The position numbers and the translations under genes were made by a program. Below the pieces are notes generated by a model. The model saw only the letters and a list, made by a program, of their open reading frames with translations. It had not been told where the DNA came from and searched no databases. This document shows, piece by piece, positions 13,965-26,189 of a DNA stretch of 64,000 bases (position 1 is the stretch's first letter; every line of letters starts with the position of its first letter). This stretch comes from Cycas panzhihuaensis (lineage: Eukaryota; Plantae; Cycadophyta), in assembly GCA_023213395.1 (NCBI GenBank), contig CM041465.1, forward strand, positions 92,635,741 to 92,699,740, read 5' to 3'.

Positions 13965-15151
13965 CAAAGCTTCTAAGTAGGGGTTCAAAAAGAAAATTTT
14001 GGATGTGTAAGTGGAAGCTTACAATTTTTAATTAGTGGGAATACTTTTTTTTAGTTGACAATGCCATTGTATTCAAGTGCTTAGTGTGGATTTAATTTCT
14101 TAGTCTCCCTTTATATCTTTGGACTTTTGTTAAGGAGTATATCCAACCCTTAGGTATATTTCTCTCTCTAAAATGTGATTACAAATTTTACACCTTACCA
14201 AATATCAAGGTGTGTGTTAGGGTTGACTTATTAAAGGATTTACTAGAATATATCTTAACTCAATGTTGTGCAGGGTCATTATCCTCAAAGTCACTAATAC
14301 ATGCTTTAGATGCCATTCTCGAGATTACATAATTAAGGATTATCGTCTGGTTATTATAGAGTCTAAATAAATTAACCCACTTAAAAAGGATGTTTAGTAA
14401 ACCTTTATTGAACATGAAAATGGGTGGATTAAAGTGCACAATGAGAAATTGGCAAATAAGAATGTTAAAGGTAAGGCTAATAAGGAAGCACCTAGCCTAT
14501 AATTTTTCTCATGAATGAATGTACCTAAAGAGTTGCCTTTTCCTTCTCTAATGGTTATAATGTATGAAATCAAGTTGCCCTTTCCTTCTCTAATAATCAC
14601 AATGTGTGAAATAGAGTTTGTTGATAACCTAACTATATGACCTTCGAATGGGTAGTTATTACTACAAATAAATATTGAGATAGAAGTGCAAGAGTTTATC
14701 ACCCTACGAGCTCATGTCCAAATTCAAGCATAATAATCAACTACCCTTAATAGACCTTAAAATGAACTCAAATTCAAATGCACCCATTTGTCCAACATGT
14801 ACCTATGACCCCCTCTACCTCTCTCACTCTTGTTCTATGAACACACATAATAAACCCAAACAAAACCACCATAAGCTTACACAAACAACAACTTAGTGTA
14901 TATTAAAGTACTAATGTTGTGCTATAAGAATAATAACTTATTTTAATACCACTAGAGAAGGCCTTAAGAGCCCAAACCTAAGATAAAGCAACTAATAGAT
15001 AATTTAGCATACAAAATAAATTCATTATATCTTGACTTCTTGTTCATTTCATTTTTATAGGCTCATTATTGCTAAAACAACTTAATTTTATTTAAGATGT
15101 ATTATAGATGAGGTTGTCGAGCTAACTTATTTTTATTTAAGGTGCATTATA

Positions 15152-17020
15152 ATGAGTAAAGATATGCATGGAAAATACTTAAAAGTAAGTAGGGGAGAAG
15201 GGAATGACCCATGGTTCATGTGGTCTAATCCAAGGTCTAAAAGATATAGAATATTGAAGTGGTTAGATAGAGTCATGATCTCTACTAACAATCATTTTTG
15301 GGTTTTACATCATGATAATAGACTTGCTAAGGTGTTAAACAATTAATTATTGCCTTATTAGTTCCCCACATCCTTTTGTCTTATTTAGGGTAATGATTGG
15401 GTGACTATATTAAGGTCAAATTTTAAATTAAATACTTTCCAGCTTTTGTTAAATATTTATGTAGGTAGCATTAGACAAGCTTAGTATATAACTCCCTTTC
15501 CTTAGGGGGAGAGAGGCCCAGATTATGTGGTGGAAAGGGATAATTACAATGATTAATTCTTTCTTAAGGGTGTTTAGGAAGTAGGAAAAACTATTAAGAG
15601 AGGACTAAACAAGTGTAATGCTTGGAAACTAACCACCATTAGAAGAGCATTAGAAAATAACACCTTTAATGAATCCCTATGAAAAGAGGTAGTTAACTTA
15701 GGAGATGCTCTTAGGGCAACCAAAATTAGAAAAGCCAAATATGCTAGGATAAGAGCGAGATTACATTAGATTAAGGAAAGGGATTGTTGCTCCAAATTCT
15801 TTTTCTAGCTCTTTGAAAGAAAGCAATTTAATAGAAAAAAAAAAATCTTTGCATTATAATTTTAAAGGAGGAGGTTTTTATTTTAGGAGAGTTTGTGAGC
15901 CACTTCACCCAAATCTTTAGAACCTGACCTTCATCCCTAAAAGTTAAAGAAGTAGTAAGTGTTTTTAGATGCCTCCAAGTAAGGTTTTTATAATCTAGTG
16001 GAACATATATGATGCTTATTACTACATTGGAGGATCTATCAAATGCTCTTTAAGAAATGGCTAATGAAAACTCACTAAGACTGAATGGATTCCCCTATGA
16101 GTTTTATAAAGCCACATGGGAATTTACTAGCCCAATTCTTTATAAAGTATATCAAGAAGCTTTTGCTACGAGCTTATTAAGGGAGTTTATTAACTGGGGC
16201 TCCATCAAATTAATGTCGAAAGAGATGATCATGAATGTATTACCAATTGGAGGCCCATAACGTTGTTAAGTATCTCCTACAAAATATTAGCCAAGATACT
16301 TGCTCTAAGAATCAGTCCATTGATAGCTAAGATAGTTTGGCCAAAACAAACAAAAATTATTAGAGGAAGGTTCATTCTATATAACATTATTAGTGTGGGT
16401 AAAGGCATGGAATGGGCTAGGACCTCTAAGTAAGACACTTTGTTCATGAAGTTAGATTTTAATAAGGCTTATAATTGAGTTAAATGGGGCTTTATCCTTA
16501 GCATGATAGAAGTATTAGGATTTGGAGAGAGATTTCAACGTATGATTGAAATTCTATTTAAGGATATCTCCATAAAGACAATTATTAATGGAGTCCTTGC
16601 TCAACTAGTATAATTAGAAAGATTAATAAGATAGGGATAGTAGCTAACTCCTTCACAATTTAATTTAATTATTAATACCCTCTACTATTTATTATAAGAT
16701 AAGGTTAATATGAGGAAACTGAGAGGTACTAGTCTACCAAGCTCTCATAAGTAATTGGTGAATGGACATTTTACTAATAAGTAATTAGTGAATGGACATT
16801 TTGTGGATGATTCTTTCTCAACTATAAATTTTGAATCAAAGTTTATTAGTTAAGCATTAGAAGTAATAAATACTTTTTACAATGCTTTTGGCTCTAAAAT
16901 TTAATGACAAAAAATAGCTTACTATTCCTAGTCTTCTAGAGAAATTCTAAATTAGCTCTAGTACTTAAAATAGAAATTAATTCAAACAGGGGAGAATTTT
17001 AGGTTTCTCAGAATTCCCTT
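15152..17020 (+). mobile_element. L1-type LINE, continuation: end of endonuclease and reverse transcriptase (pseudogenised)
   Basis: WFMWSN, KWLDRV, NGFPYEFYKATW, NWRPITLLSISYKILAK, KLDFNKAY, GHFVDDS (FADD-equivalent), FLRIP (YLGIP-equivalent). Rejoins the 3853-5061 piece across the ATGAG TSD. Confidence 0.9.
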
Positions 17021-20000
17021 TGTGATATAAGAACATCCCTAGCTTTATATAAAATATTCAGTAACAACTTTTAGGGTGAACAACTCATAAGATGCGAGAG
17101 TTGTATTTTAGTAAAGTTGCAAGAGAGAAATCTCCTAACTCGTTATTGTAAGTTAGAAGGAAGTCACAAGCCAAGGAAAAGTTACGAGGCATAAGTAAGC
17201 TAAGTTAGCTTATAACTCACAACACGTTGATTGTAAGAAGATGCTTGTGGAAGGAGTGTGAAGTTTGCAAGTAAGAAAGCATGAGTCAAGTGAAGCATCA
17301 TGTGATCATGATCATTAGATAAGGAGATACATGGTAGTAACTGAGGAACCTCCCAAGAAAGTGCAAATGAACTGGTAAAGAATTGTAAGTAATCTTGCAG
17401 CTCATAACTCGCAAGTTACAAGGGAAGAGGGTAGTTACAAAGAGTAAAGGTTATGAGTGTAAGATGAAGTGCCATAAGATCATGAGCATCAAAATGGTAA
17501 ACATGTGTCAAATATCTAAGGGCCTCACACTAGTGATATCATAAGTGATGTTAGGGGAAAAGGTCAAAGATTGAGAGTGAAATGAAGTCATGAGTAAATG
17601 ATAGCCATTAGATCAAGGACAAATGGTTGCATTAGATGCCACTCACAAGTGGGTTAATTGTACAAAGGAGACATCAATGAATGGAGTAAGTTATGAGTGG
17701 AAACAACGTGAAGTCTACGAATGAGCAATGAATGGCATCAAATCACAATGAATAAAGTGTTGATGAAGGGAGATGCAATGGAACGTGGTTTATCAATCAG
17801 AGGATACACATTGAGATCTCAATGAGTTCGTAGATAGAGAGTTATATGATGGGAATATATGTAAAGTAAATTAAAAAAAAATAAGTGTTGAAAGTAAATG
17901 GATGAAAACTAATGGTAAGAGGACCTTTAGGGCCCTTGGTTATTCTATTATTAATATTATAACATTAAACACAACAATATGACTAATGTTACTTGGTTTG
18001 TTGGTGTTTATTGATATTAGTGTCCTCCACCCCTTATTAAGGCTGTTATGATGGGAAGGATTATGGATTCCGCAAATAGAGATCTATTATCAAGCTATGG
18101 ATGAAGAAGAATTGTTGGTAGTATGGTGAGGAAAGGGCCCTCTATGATGCTTCAAATGCTATGCATTGAATAATGACGATAATCGAGAATGGATAATTAA
18201 TCCCCTTTGCTCGCTATTTGAAAGAGTATAAATAGTTAAAGTGGGTATATACCTTTAAGATAACCAACTTCTTTATGTGTAAGTCATCTATATAAGTGAA
18301 ATTATTATACAGGTTAAGACGGGTTTTGTATGATAAATTTATGTTATTTATAGGAATCAACGCGTTTTTGTTAAATTTGGTATATTTATGCTAGGGATTT
18401 AGCTTGTGTTATATTGTTTCATGCATATAGAAGGTGTACATTTGAACCATAATACAACTGAAGCTTTTTCTCTCTTTGACTTGCAATAAAAGAAAGATTG
18501 CATAAAATGGGTATATACCTTTAAGATAGCTAACCTCTTTATGTGTAAGTCATCTATATAGGTGAAATTATTATATAGGTTAAAATGGGGTTTGTATGAT
18601 AAATCTATGCTATTTATAGGATTAAATTTGGTATATTTATGTTAGGGATTTGGCTTGTGTTATATTATTTCATGCATATAGAAGGTGTACATTTGAACCA
18701 TAATATAACTGAAGTTTTCTCTCTCTTTGACTTGCAATAAAAGAAAGAATACATGGTCATTATTTAATTTGAAAGTTAGAATTTTGTCCACATGAAGACA
18801 AGGGGGTGTCATTGTTATATTTGGTACCATGCTTGAACAACTTCATTTTAATGAAAAATCCTATTGAACTATTACATGTTAAGAGTTAATGTTTAATGTG
18901 TTTAGGAGAATATTATGTCTAAGAGTTATTAATGTTGTAGTCTGAAAGGGGTATTGTGTCATGGTCTATAGATTAGTATTAATGTTAATGTTAAATGTCT
19001 AATAGAAGTGTTGTGTCAAGTCATTAAGCGTGCTTATGCACATCTTTATATGTAACACCTAATTGGTAGGTGAAGCAGTTGCCAATATGGTTGGAAGAGT
19101 TAGAAGTAGACACAATTATAAATATGTACTCATCTCCTTTCAATAATGATATAGAAAATTGATTCCAATTACTTGTTTAATATCCATGTTTTAACATTAT
19201 ATGTCTTTATCAATAAAGGCCCATTCTTAAGCATTAGATAGTATAAATCACATAATTCCATAATTTGGTAACCATGAGGAAGCTATTGAAGTGGGACTAC
19301 TCTCATAAAAAAGATAAAGTGAGGTTAAACTATTAAAGGTGAAGAGAGTATTATAATTTTTATTTTTGAATATTTATTAGTAGACCCACAACATTACTAA
19401 ATATTTCCCAACTAAGGATTAGAGTAAACTTACAACTCTTATCTATCTATTTACCTCATTTGTTCTTGAATTATATTTTAGATTTAGGAGGAAATTGTCA
19501 ATTAGGTACATAATCCTTCTTATATCAGTTGATATAGACTTTAATTACTCCTAATGATGGTTGATCCATATGCACATCAAAGGACCTATCAATTTAAGAC
19601 TAAAAGTAATCATTTTAAGCCACGCCTTTGACTTATGGTCATTTAATGTCCTTTGATTAATCATCTTTCATATGCAACAAAATAGCCACAAACTTGCAGA
19701 ATTCATTTCTATATAGTTTAGATCGTTAATGAGGCTTGTGCCTTGTACTGATAATTATTCCTTCAAGTGATGGTCCTTATTATTAGAGGAGGAGTTTTTC
19801 CTCTTAGCTATAACAACACACTCTTTTACGAAGTCTTTATAATTTTTCCCTCTTGTGCTAGGCTACATGCTTATTAAACTTATCACAATATAGTTTGGAC
19901 TCATAAAGTGATTCACATCCCTTTTGATGAGGGGATTATATTAATGTTGGCTCCTTCATGCTTTGATCCTTCTCTTATTAGTGAGAAAATCTTTCTTTCT

Positions 20001-21250
20001 ATATTGGCTATAATAGCATATTTCCCAATGTTGCCATTATGCATCTCCTCCCTTATGTTAGCCTAGTGATTATATTTGATGTAGTCTTAGTTTGATGGGA
20101 GAAGAAAACATGCAACATCTATAAAGAGTGCATTGTTTTAAGTCACTTACAACTTATCTTTTATAATAGATTAAAAATCATAGTCTAAGCATTTTGGATA
20201 ACCATGTAATATTCAATCTTGTTGGTATGTTGTATGTCTAACCTATACTACATTTTTATTGTTTCAATTCTAAAAGTTATATGTAAAGTTAGGATAGATT
20301 ATGTTACCTTGAAATAAGAGCTTTGTCAAAATGATGAGAGGGCATTCACTATAATTTATGGTAGTTTATATAGAGCTAAAATGTTTTCCTTATTTAATAT
20401 GTCCTCTTGACATCACCTTACTGATTGAAACTTTTGTTTCTTAACGAAACTACAATATGAATTTATATTCAAATGCCAATGAGATGTTATGATAACTTCT
20501 TCAAAGAAAAGTTTGAAGAACAATAAAATAAAAGAAAAAGGTTTGTCGATTGATATTGCTCACTAAGGTGCTTATGAGTATATATTGTAGTATTTATAGG
20601 AGATTATGGAGGATATCACTATCAAAATCTTATGGTTGGACCTTCAACATTTCAAGCATGTAAAGATTAAAGTGGAGGAGGAATTAATGTTTAAATTCCT
20701 CAAAAATTAAAATTTTAAGAGGGATCGTCTCTTAAGGCTAGTGTCATATCTCCAAGATTTTTTCTTGGATTTATGATGTGATGATTATAATAGTAGTAAA
20801 AGAATAACTTCAAAGTTATGGATTGAGGTTAAATGTTGTTAATAACTTAAATACCCAAACTTGGTCACAAAACTTAGCAGAGGAGGGGATGCACTATAGT
20901 ACAAAATGGAAGCATTATACCCTTGTTGTGCATGATGTAAAATAAACAATCTTGAAAAGAGTTGAATATAAGGGTATCTTCTTCTTCAAGAAAAAAAGAT
21001 TCACAAGAGATGGTAAGCTAAGATCCTCATTGATCCATTAGTAATAAACTAATTGATCTAAAGGAATTACTTGTTAATCATGCATTACGAACAAAGGCTA
21101 TTACATCTTAAATCCATAGTCCTCCTAGTCTCATGACTTGATTGATTAACTAAATCATTAAATGAATGAAAATCAACCATCCTTCCACATGATTTTGTTG
21201 AATGTGATGATTCATTAGATAGGAAGAATTATTTGTGTATTTACAACAAA
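17021..21250 (+). mobile_element. Probable heavily decayed LTR element: ~1.8 kb LTR (17021-18819), PBS-like site and internal remnant
   Basis: LINE homology stops at TGTGATA (17021); TGTTATA at 18813-18819 is followed after 2 nt by TGGTACCATGC (PBS-like). No confident coding motifs downstream and the right boundary is approximate. Confidence 0.4.
18242..18753 (+). repeat. Tandem duplication, two units of ~250-265 bp (18242-18507 and 18508-18753)
   Basis: Both units begin TGGGTATATACCTTTAAGATA and end near TTGACTTGCAATAAAAGAAAGA; the second unit has a small internal deletion. Confidence 0.9.
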
Positions 21251-22360
21251 ATATTGGGAGAATGGTCTCACTAGAGACCAACCCTCCCCAACAAAAAGAT
21301 TTGAATCCAAAGCTCAATCCACCTTGGATGCTCTTGAGCCATCCCTAGAAACAAAACCAAACACAAATTGCATACATGTGATTAAATCTTAGAGGCTACT
21401 AGGTCAAACCCCATAACTTGAAACCATAATATCACTTACAAACCTACCTGAGCATGTTACTAAGATTCAAAAGTTGTGAAGTCGACACCCAAAGAATGAT
21501 TATAAGCATGAGGTAACATGCCTCAAAGACTACTAGGTCAATCAAAAGCCATGAAACACTAGATGCAAACCACAAGCATGGGGCATCGCAATGTCTCAAG
21601 GGGCCATTGTGATGAGATACAAGGAGCTAACACCACAACCAAAGAACATAAATCACATGTGGGAGATAAGACAACTCCCACTATTCGTGCACACACATCT
21701 TATAGAGCTCTTTTTAGAGAATCTAGTCATATACCCAAGTCGAACCATGGGCAACTCACATGAACTATTGCTTGGTGATGAATCATAACTTTGCACACAG
21801 TCACCACTCTCACCATAGCATAATATGCATGACATATATATCCACAATTACCACCCAAGGCTCCAATAGTATAGTTCTATGCACAATTGCCCATAAAAGA
21901 AATGCAAATAAGCATAGGGGTATTTCTTCCTCTGTGAGCCGTCACTTGAATGCTACAATCCTTCCATACAACTAAGTGGGCACACTAACTATCTGTAACA
22001 CACAAATACCACAAATCCATGACCCCCAACAATCAACTTTCCCTTGTAAGGAGGCATACTTAACCACACCATGCTATCACAAAATAGAAAGCCCATAACA
22101 ACATTGCACTCAACTACCTTCAACAAACCCTAGTCATTAGCTTATTTAACAAAAGACATAATTTTACTATTGCAATGCCCACTACTATTAGCTCCAATAA
22201 AATGCTAACTGCCACAACCAAGATTAGCGAAAGGAATAACCACAATCATGCTATCCTTGACTCTCTCCATGTATCCCAAAAGTTTTGATAGTACTCACCT
22301 GCTTCCACCCTACTTCTCCATAGACATAATGGAACCCTTAAAGGAGTACCAATAAGAAAG
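21250..22360 (-). mobile_element. Possible 3' fragment of a LINE ORF2 (post-RT region)
   Basis: Minus-strand NFWDTWRE (~22265-22285) and SCILCYGE (ORF 21653-21847) resemble the FWxDxW and CxLC motifs of plant L1 C-termini; hairpin TGGTCTC-ACTA-GAGACCA near the left end. Weak. Confidence 0.35.
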
Positions 22361-23733
22361 GATGATGCAAAGAGTGGAGAAGAACAAACACTTGGGAAAT
22401 AATCGTAATCATTTCTCAAATAGTGATTATTATTTGAAAATTGATGTTATTAACTTGAAATCTATTTTGGCAAATCTATAAAACCCATATATATGAATAT
22501 TATAGCCAATTTTCCTATTATTTTGATCCTTGCTTCATTGATTTTTGAAAGAAATAATAATTTTTGCTTTATTCACATGGTGCTTTAAATGTGCCACAAA
22601 GGTATGATGCAAATTGGCATTTCTGAGTGTGGAAATGGAGTACACATTTACAAATAGAACTATGAAAGTGATCATGTCCATCAAGAAATGATTTATTGAT
22701 GGATGGGAATATAAATGTACCAAAAATTACATAAATGTACTTGATAATTAAACAAGGCCTAGTAAACTGTACAACAAAATTTACAACTACTATATATGTG
22801 TGTGTGTTGAGAATATAAACAATGACGACTTTTGAGGGCATGTAATTCACTAAATACATCATTCATAAGCACAAAACATAATGAAATTAAGATGCTCATC
22901 CCTCCATGTTTCGAGTGGGATAAAACAAGCCCCAACAAATAAGCGCTTTTTTAAAGTTGACAATTTCCGTTTTTGAGCTATTACATTGTGGGCACTTAAG
23001 CTGTGAAAAGAAGATTTCAAGTTATTGCTTCACTTTAAGTGACTTCCGCCCATTCTCTAGGATTATACCAAATGATAGTTTTCAAAGCTAAGATGATCCA
23101 GGCCTTCAAACTTTGTAATCAAATTTTGTATTAAGTCTTGAAGTATATGCTTCAATACCAACTTTGATCTGCTTTATTGCCTCGCTTTTTCTATATTTGC
23201 TGTGTTTTCTTAAATATGTATAAACGGGTGTGTTATTCTCCCGTTTTTCGTCTCTCAGAAATTTCTCATGCTCAGATGCTCTACTAGAGCTTAGTAATTG
23301 TACAGACAATCAACATTTCCCTCGTTCAATATAAGTGGAAACAGAAGAGGAAAGTTATCAATAAACACATGGCAAGATGCATACTAAACGATGATATTGA
23401 GCAACTAAAGAAATGTTACAGTGGCAAGAGGCTTGTAACATACCGAGAAGGTTTTAAGTAAGATTCTGCTCCTTGCTGGATAAACTGTACTCTTACACCC
23501 AGTTCAACCTTTCATGTCCATTTTTAAAAGAGGACATATCAAGGGATCTGTTGTTTATACAGAACAACGTACGTACGAAATACCCTACCGGCATTAGAAT
23601 AGAAAACAGGTAGTGAGCCTAGCAAGAGCCCTAACCAGTCACCCGCTACCATAGCATGGCCCGGACTGGCAAACTAATGCATATATTATTAAATAAAAGT
23701 CTCAGCTTTGTCCAAAGCTCCATATCTAGTTTG

Positions 23734-24607
23734 TCAATACATAGCTGAACATTTAGAGGATGCTTTAGCCAAGCTATTAGATGGAGAATTGTCCGAGGGC
23801 ATGCAGACTAGTGCCCTCTGTTGTAAATGTTTCATGCTCTGTTGCATGCTAACTTGGACCATCTCTGTGAGCATCTTTTTAGCAGTTTCGGTCCCTTTCT
23901 CTGCACCATCGACATGGTCAGCAATATCATAGGCAACATTCTCGAGCACCGTTGATGACAAACCATTTTGAGTCAAAGAATGTGAATCTCTCAGTAACTG
24001 CAAAAGGGTCTGTGCTTTCTGCTGGGCCTTTGGTGTGCCCTGAATGGTGAGCTCAAGAAGTCCTGGAATAACTCCCTCTTTAAGGATAGCCTCTCTGTAT
24101 TTGCATCTACTGCTTTGACATATTGTTAAAAGGGCTCCAACAGCGTGTTCTCGGCTCTGCAGAGACCCATCTTCTACCACTTCCACCAGTGTAAGAATTC
24201 CTCCTTCCTCTTGCGTTATATTAATCCTACCCTCTTCAAAAGCTGATAGAGACTCTAACAGCGAACTAATTTTTTCAGCAACTTTAGAGGATTTCTTGCG
24301 GTCTTTAAGTAATGTGATCAAACGTGGCACAGCCCCAGCGGTGAGAATGGTCGCTAAATTGTCTGGATATGTTGCAAGGTTGTACAGTGCCATCACTGCA
24401 TCAATTTTGCCTTGGAGGCTTCCGGATGTGAGCATTTCTGCCAAATGTGGGATAGCCCCAGAAGAACCGATAATTGGCTTGTTGATAGCAGATGCTGAGA
24501 GTGTCAGTATTGCTGCCACAGCGAACTCCCTCAAGTTGGCATTTTCTGACTGCAAAAACTCCACAAGAGGATCAATTGCACCTGCCCTTACAATTCTGAT
24601 TTTATTC
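23734..24607 (-). CDS. ARM-repeat protein (U-box-less, 'PUB4-like' class; resembles the Arabidopsis At3g03440/At4g12710 group), exon 2
   Basis: Open frame NKIRIVRAGAIDPLV...QSREHAVGALLTICQSSRCKYREAILKEGVIPGLLELTIQGT...AKKMLTEMVQVSMQQSMKHLQQRA; acceptor TTTTGTGCAG|G at 24608/24607; stop ends at 23734. Confidence 0.95.
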
Positions 24608-25716
24608 CTGCACAAAATACATTATAATCTCAGAACATCTCTAACTTACAGCAGATGTGCGCATACAACTGCAAACTGAAATGTGTGGTTTGCAGAACTC
24701 CCCAAATAAATATGCAAGATTCCAAATAAGAGACAAAGCTATAAATCTTGATGAAAAGTGAGACTTGACAGCAAATACAGGGAATACTCAAGTCAAATAA
24801 AGATGGGAGGTGAGAAACAGACTGCTTTAAAGATTCCTGCCCAAAAAGGACGGGCAAGCCAAAGATTCAAATCAACTTCTGCCTAATCCAATCTAGATCT
24901 GCTTTCATGGGCTTAAAAAATGGGAAGAACAAATAAAACACAGGCTGCTATAGAGGGGTTCCGCTCGGCCAAAAAACAATAAACGTATTAAAAACTCTCG
25001 GAATCTTATCAACTGGGCCTACAAGCTGGACCTGCCTACAGAGGGAGTGCTGCAGACCGAAAAATAAATACCAAGTAGAAAGTGGAAAAATCTTGTTTTA
25101 CTACTTGATGAATACAGGATACATCAAAGGTAGATCCTTCAATTTCAATCTGTGTATCCCGGATAAAGACCTTTAGTCAAATCTGAATCTGCCTGAACAA
25201 CAAAAAGAAGACCGAACACAGGTTGCTTAGCGAATGATAGGTTCGTTTGGAACTATGCTAATCTGGATCCTGATGAGTGCAAGTGACATAAAAAAAAATC
25301 AAACTCCGGACCAAAAGTTGCAAATTGAGCGAAAACAGGTTCCCTGCAAACGTTCAACAACATGAAACCACCATGAAAAGACAGCACAATTGCCAATTAT
25401 TGTAGCCAAAATCCCGTGCAGTGTCATAATTTCCAGACACAATCACCGTGCAGAACCCCATGCCAGAGTCAGACGTACCCCGTCCGGCGAAACGAGGCCT
25501 CAATTACCTGCGGATAGAACAAAATCTGTATAAACAATGACAAGGGGGATTGGAGGAGGGGGGCTCAGAAATCAACTGGAACACGGTCGAATCTAATAAA
25601 ACGACCTCCATGCAGACCTGGGCACCGCTCATATCACACAGAAGATGCATCATCTCTAATACCCGACAACAAATTCCTACAGAAACTTTCCATTGGATGG
25701 TCGACTGCTGTCTTAC
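24608..25716 (-). other. GT-AG intron of the ARM gene (1109 bp)
   Basis: Canonical splice sites; splicing preserves the frame and restores the family motif. Confidence 0.92.
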
Positions 25717-25976
25717 CTCTCATCCTTAACAGCAAGATTGAGCAGAGCCAAAACGGCGGCCTCCTTGGCCTCCATACCGGTGGATTTAAGCATTGACACC
25801 AACGGAATAATCACACCTGCAGATGCCAAGTATGCTCTGTTCTTCGCAGACGTCTTGGTCATCTTCCGGATCTCCTTAGCAGCACGGATCTTAACATCTC
25901 CAACTCCATACAAAACAGACCATACAATCTCTTCCACATTCCCCTTCGTACCGTTCTTCACCTCCTCGCTTGCCAT
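25717..25976 (-). CDS. ARM-repeat protein, exon 1 (MASEEVK...LLNLAVKDER); spliced CDS 260+874=1134 nt, 377 aa
   Basis: ATG at 25976; AAKEIRKMTKTS...LALLNLAVKDER is typical of this family; donor AG|GTAAGA at 25717/25716; the phase-2 join gives AG+G=Arg and the reading DERNKIRIV. Confidence 0.93.
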
Positions 25977-26024
25977 TCTCGACCCGACAGCAATCGCCTC
26001 AAAATTCACCAATTGTTAATCAAT

Positions 26025-26087
26025 CTATATATCCATATTTATATCGCCCTCATCGTGTTCCTCTTGGATTCTGAACTTCATGCCCAT
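26025..26087 (-). other. Candidate upstream ORF, 20 aa (MGMKFRIQEEHDEGDINMDI), ending 48 nt before the main ATG
   Basis: ATG at 26087 to TAG ending at 26025; same frame as the main CDS but separated from it by two stops. Inclusion in the mRNA is inferred. Confidence 0.45.
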
Positions 26088-26189
26088 TCTTCACGTCAAA
26101 AGGCGTCAGATGACGAAATACACTGCAATTCCTTTATCGGGGAAGGATATTGGGTTTGGCATAAAACCTTATCCCCTGCAGACATTATC

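Larger units (their letters stand above)
5062..15151 (-). mobile_element. Outer Ty3/Gypsy chromovirus-type LTR retrotransposon (decayed) inserted in the LINE endonuclease
   Basis: ~199 bp LTRs at 5062-5259 and 14953-15151; exact 5-bp TSD ATGAG (5057-5061 / 15152-15156); PPT complement TTCCCCCTTTC at 5261; decayed PBS before 14953; chromodomain-like IEDAT* (~5340), integrase IFHVSFL (~5530), RT KITFHTHHGHYEF (~6820-6860). Confidence 0.9.

Noticed and set aside
19000-21250. PIF/Harbinger or other DNA transposase
   Set aside because: No convincing DDE motifs or terminal inverted repeats; too decayed to classify.
24296-24679. Antisense ORFs over the ARM exons (also 23708-23932 and 25693-26019) and over the Trx (49393-49647)
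   Set aside because: Shadows of the real coding strand.
23734-25976. Calling the gene a U-box E3 ligase (PUB)
   Set aside because: No U-box motif (FxCPISxxxMxDPV) in either exon, and in-frame stops lie upstream of the ATG.
26092-26115. as-1/ocs element from clustered TGACG motifs
   Set aside because: The direct repeats are 10 bp apart, not the canonical 12.
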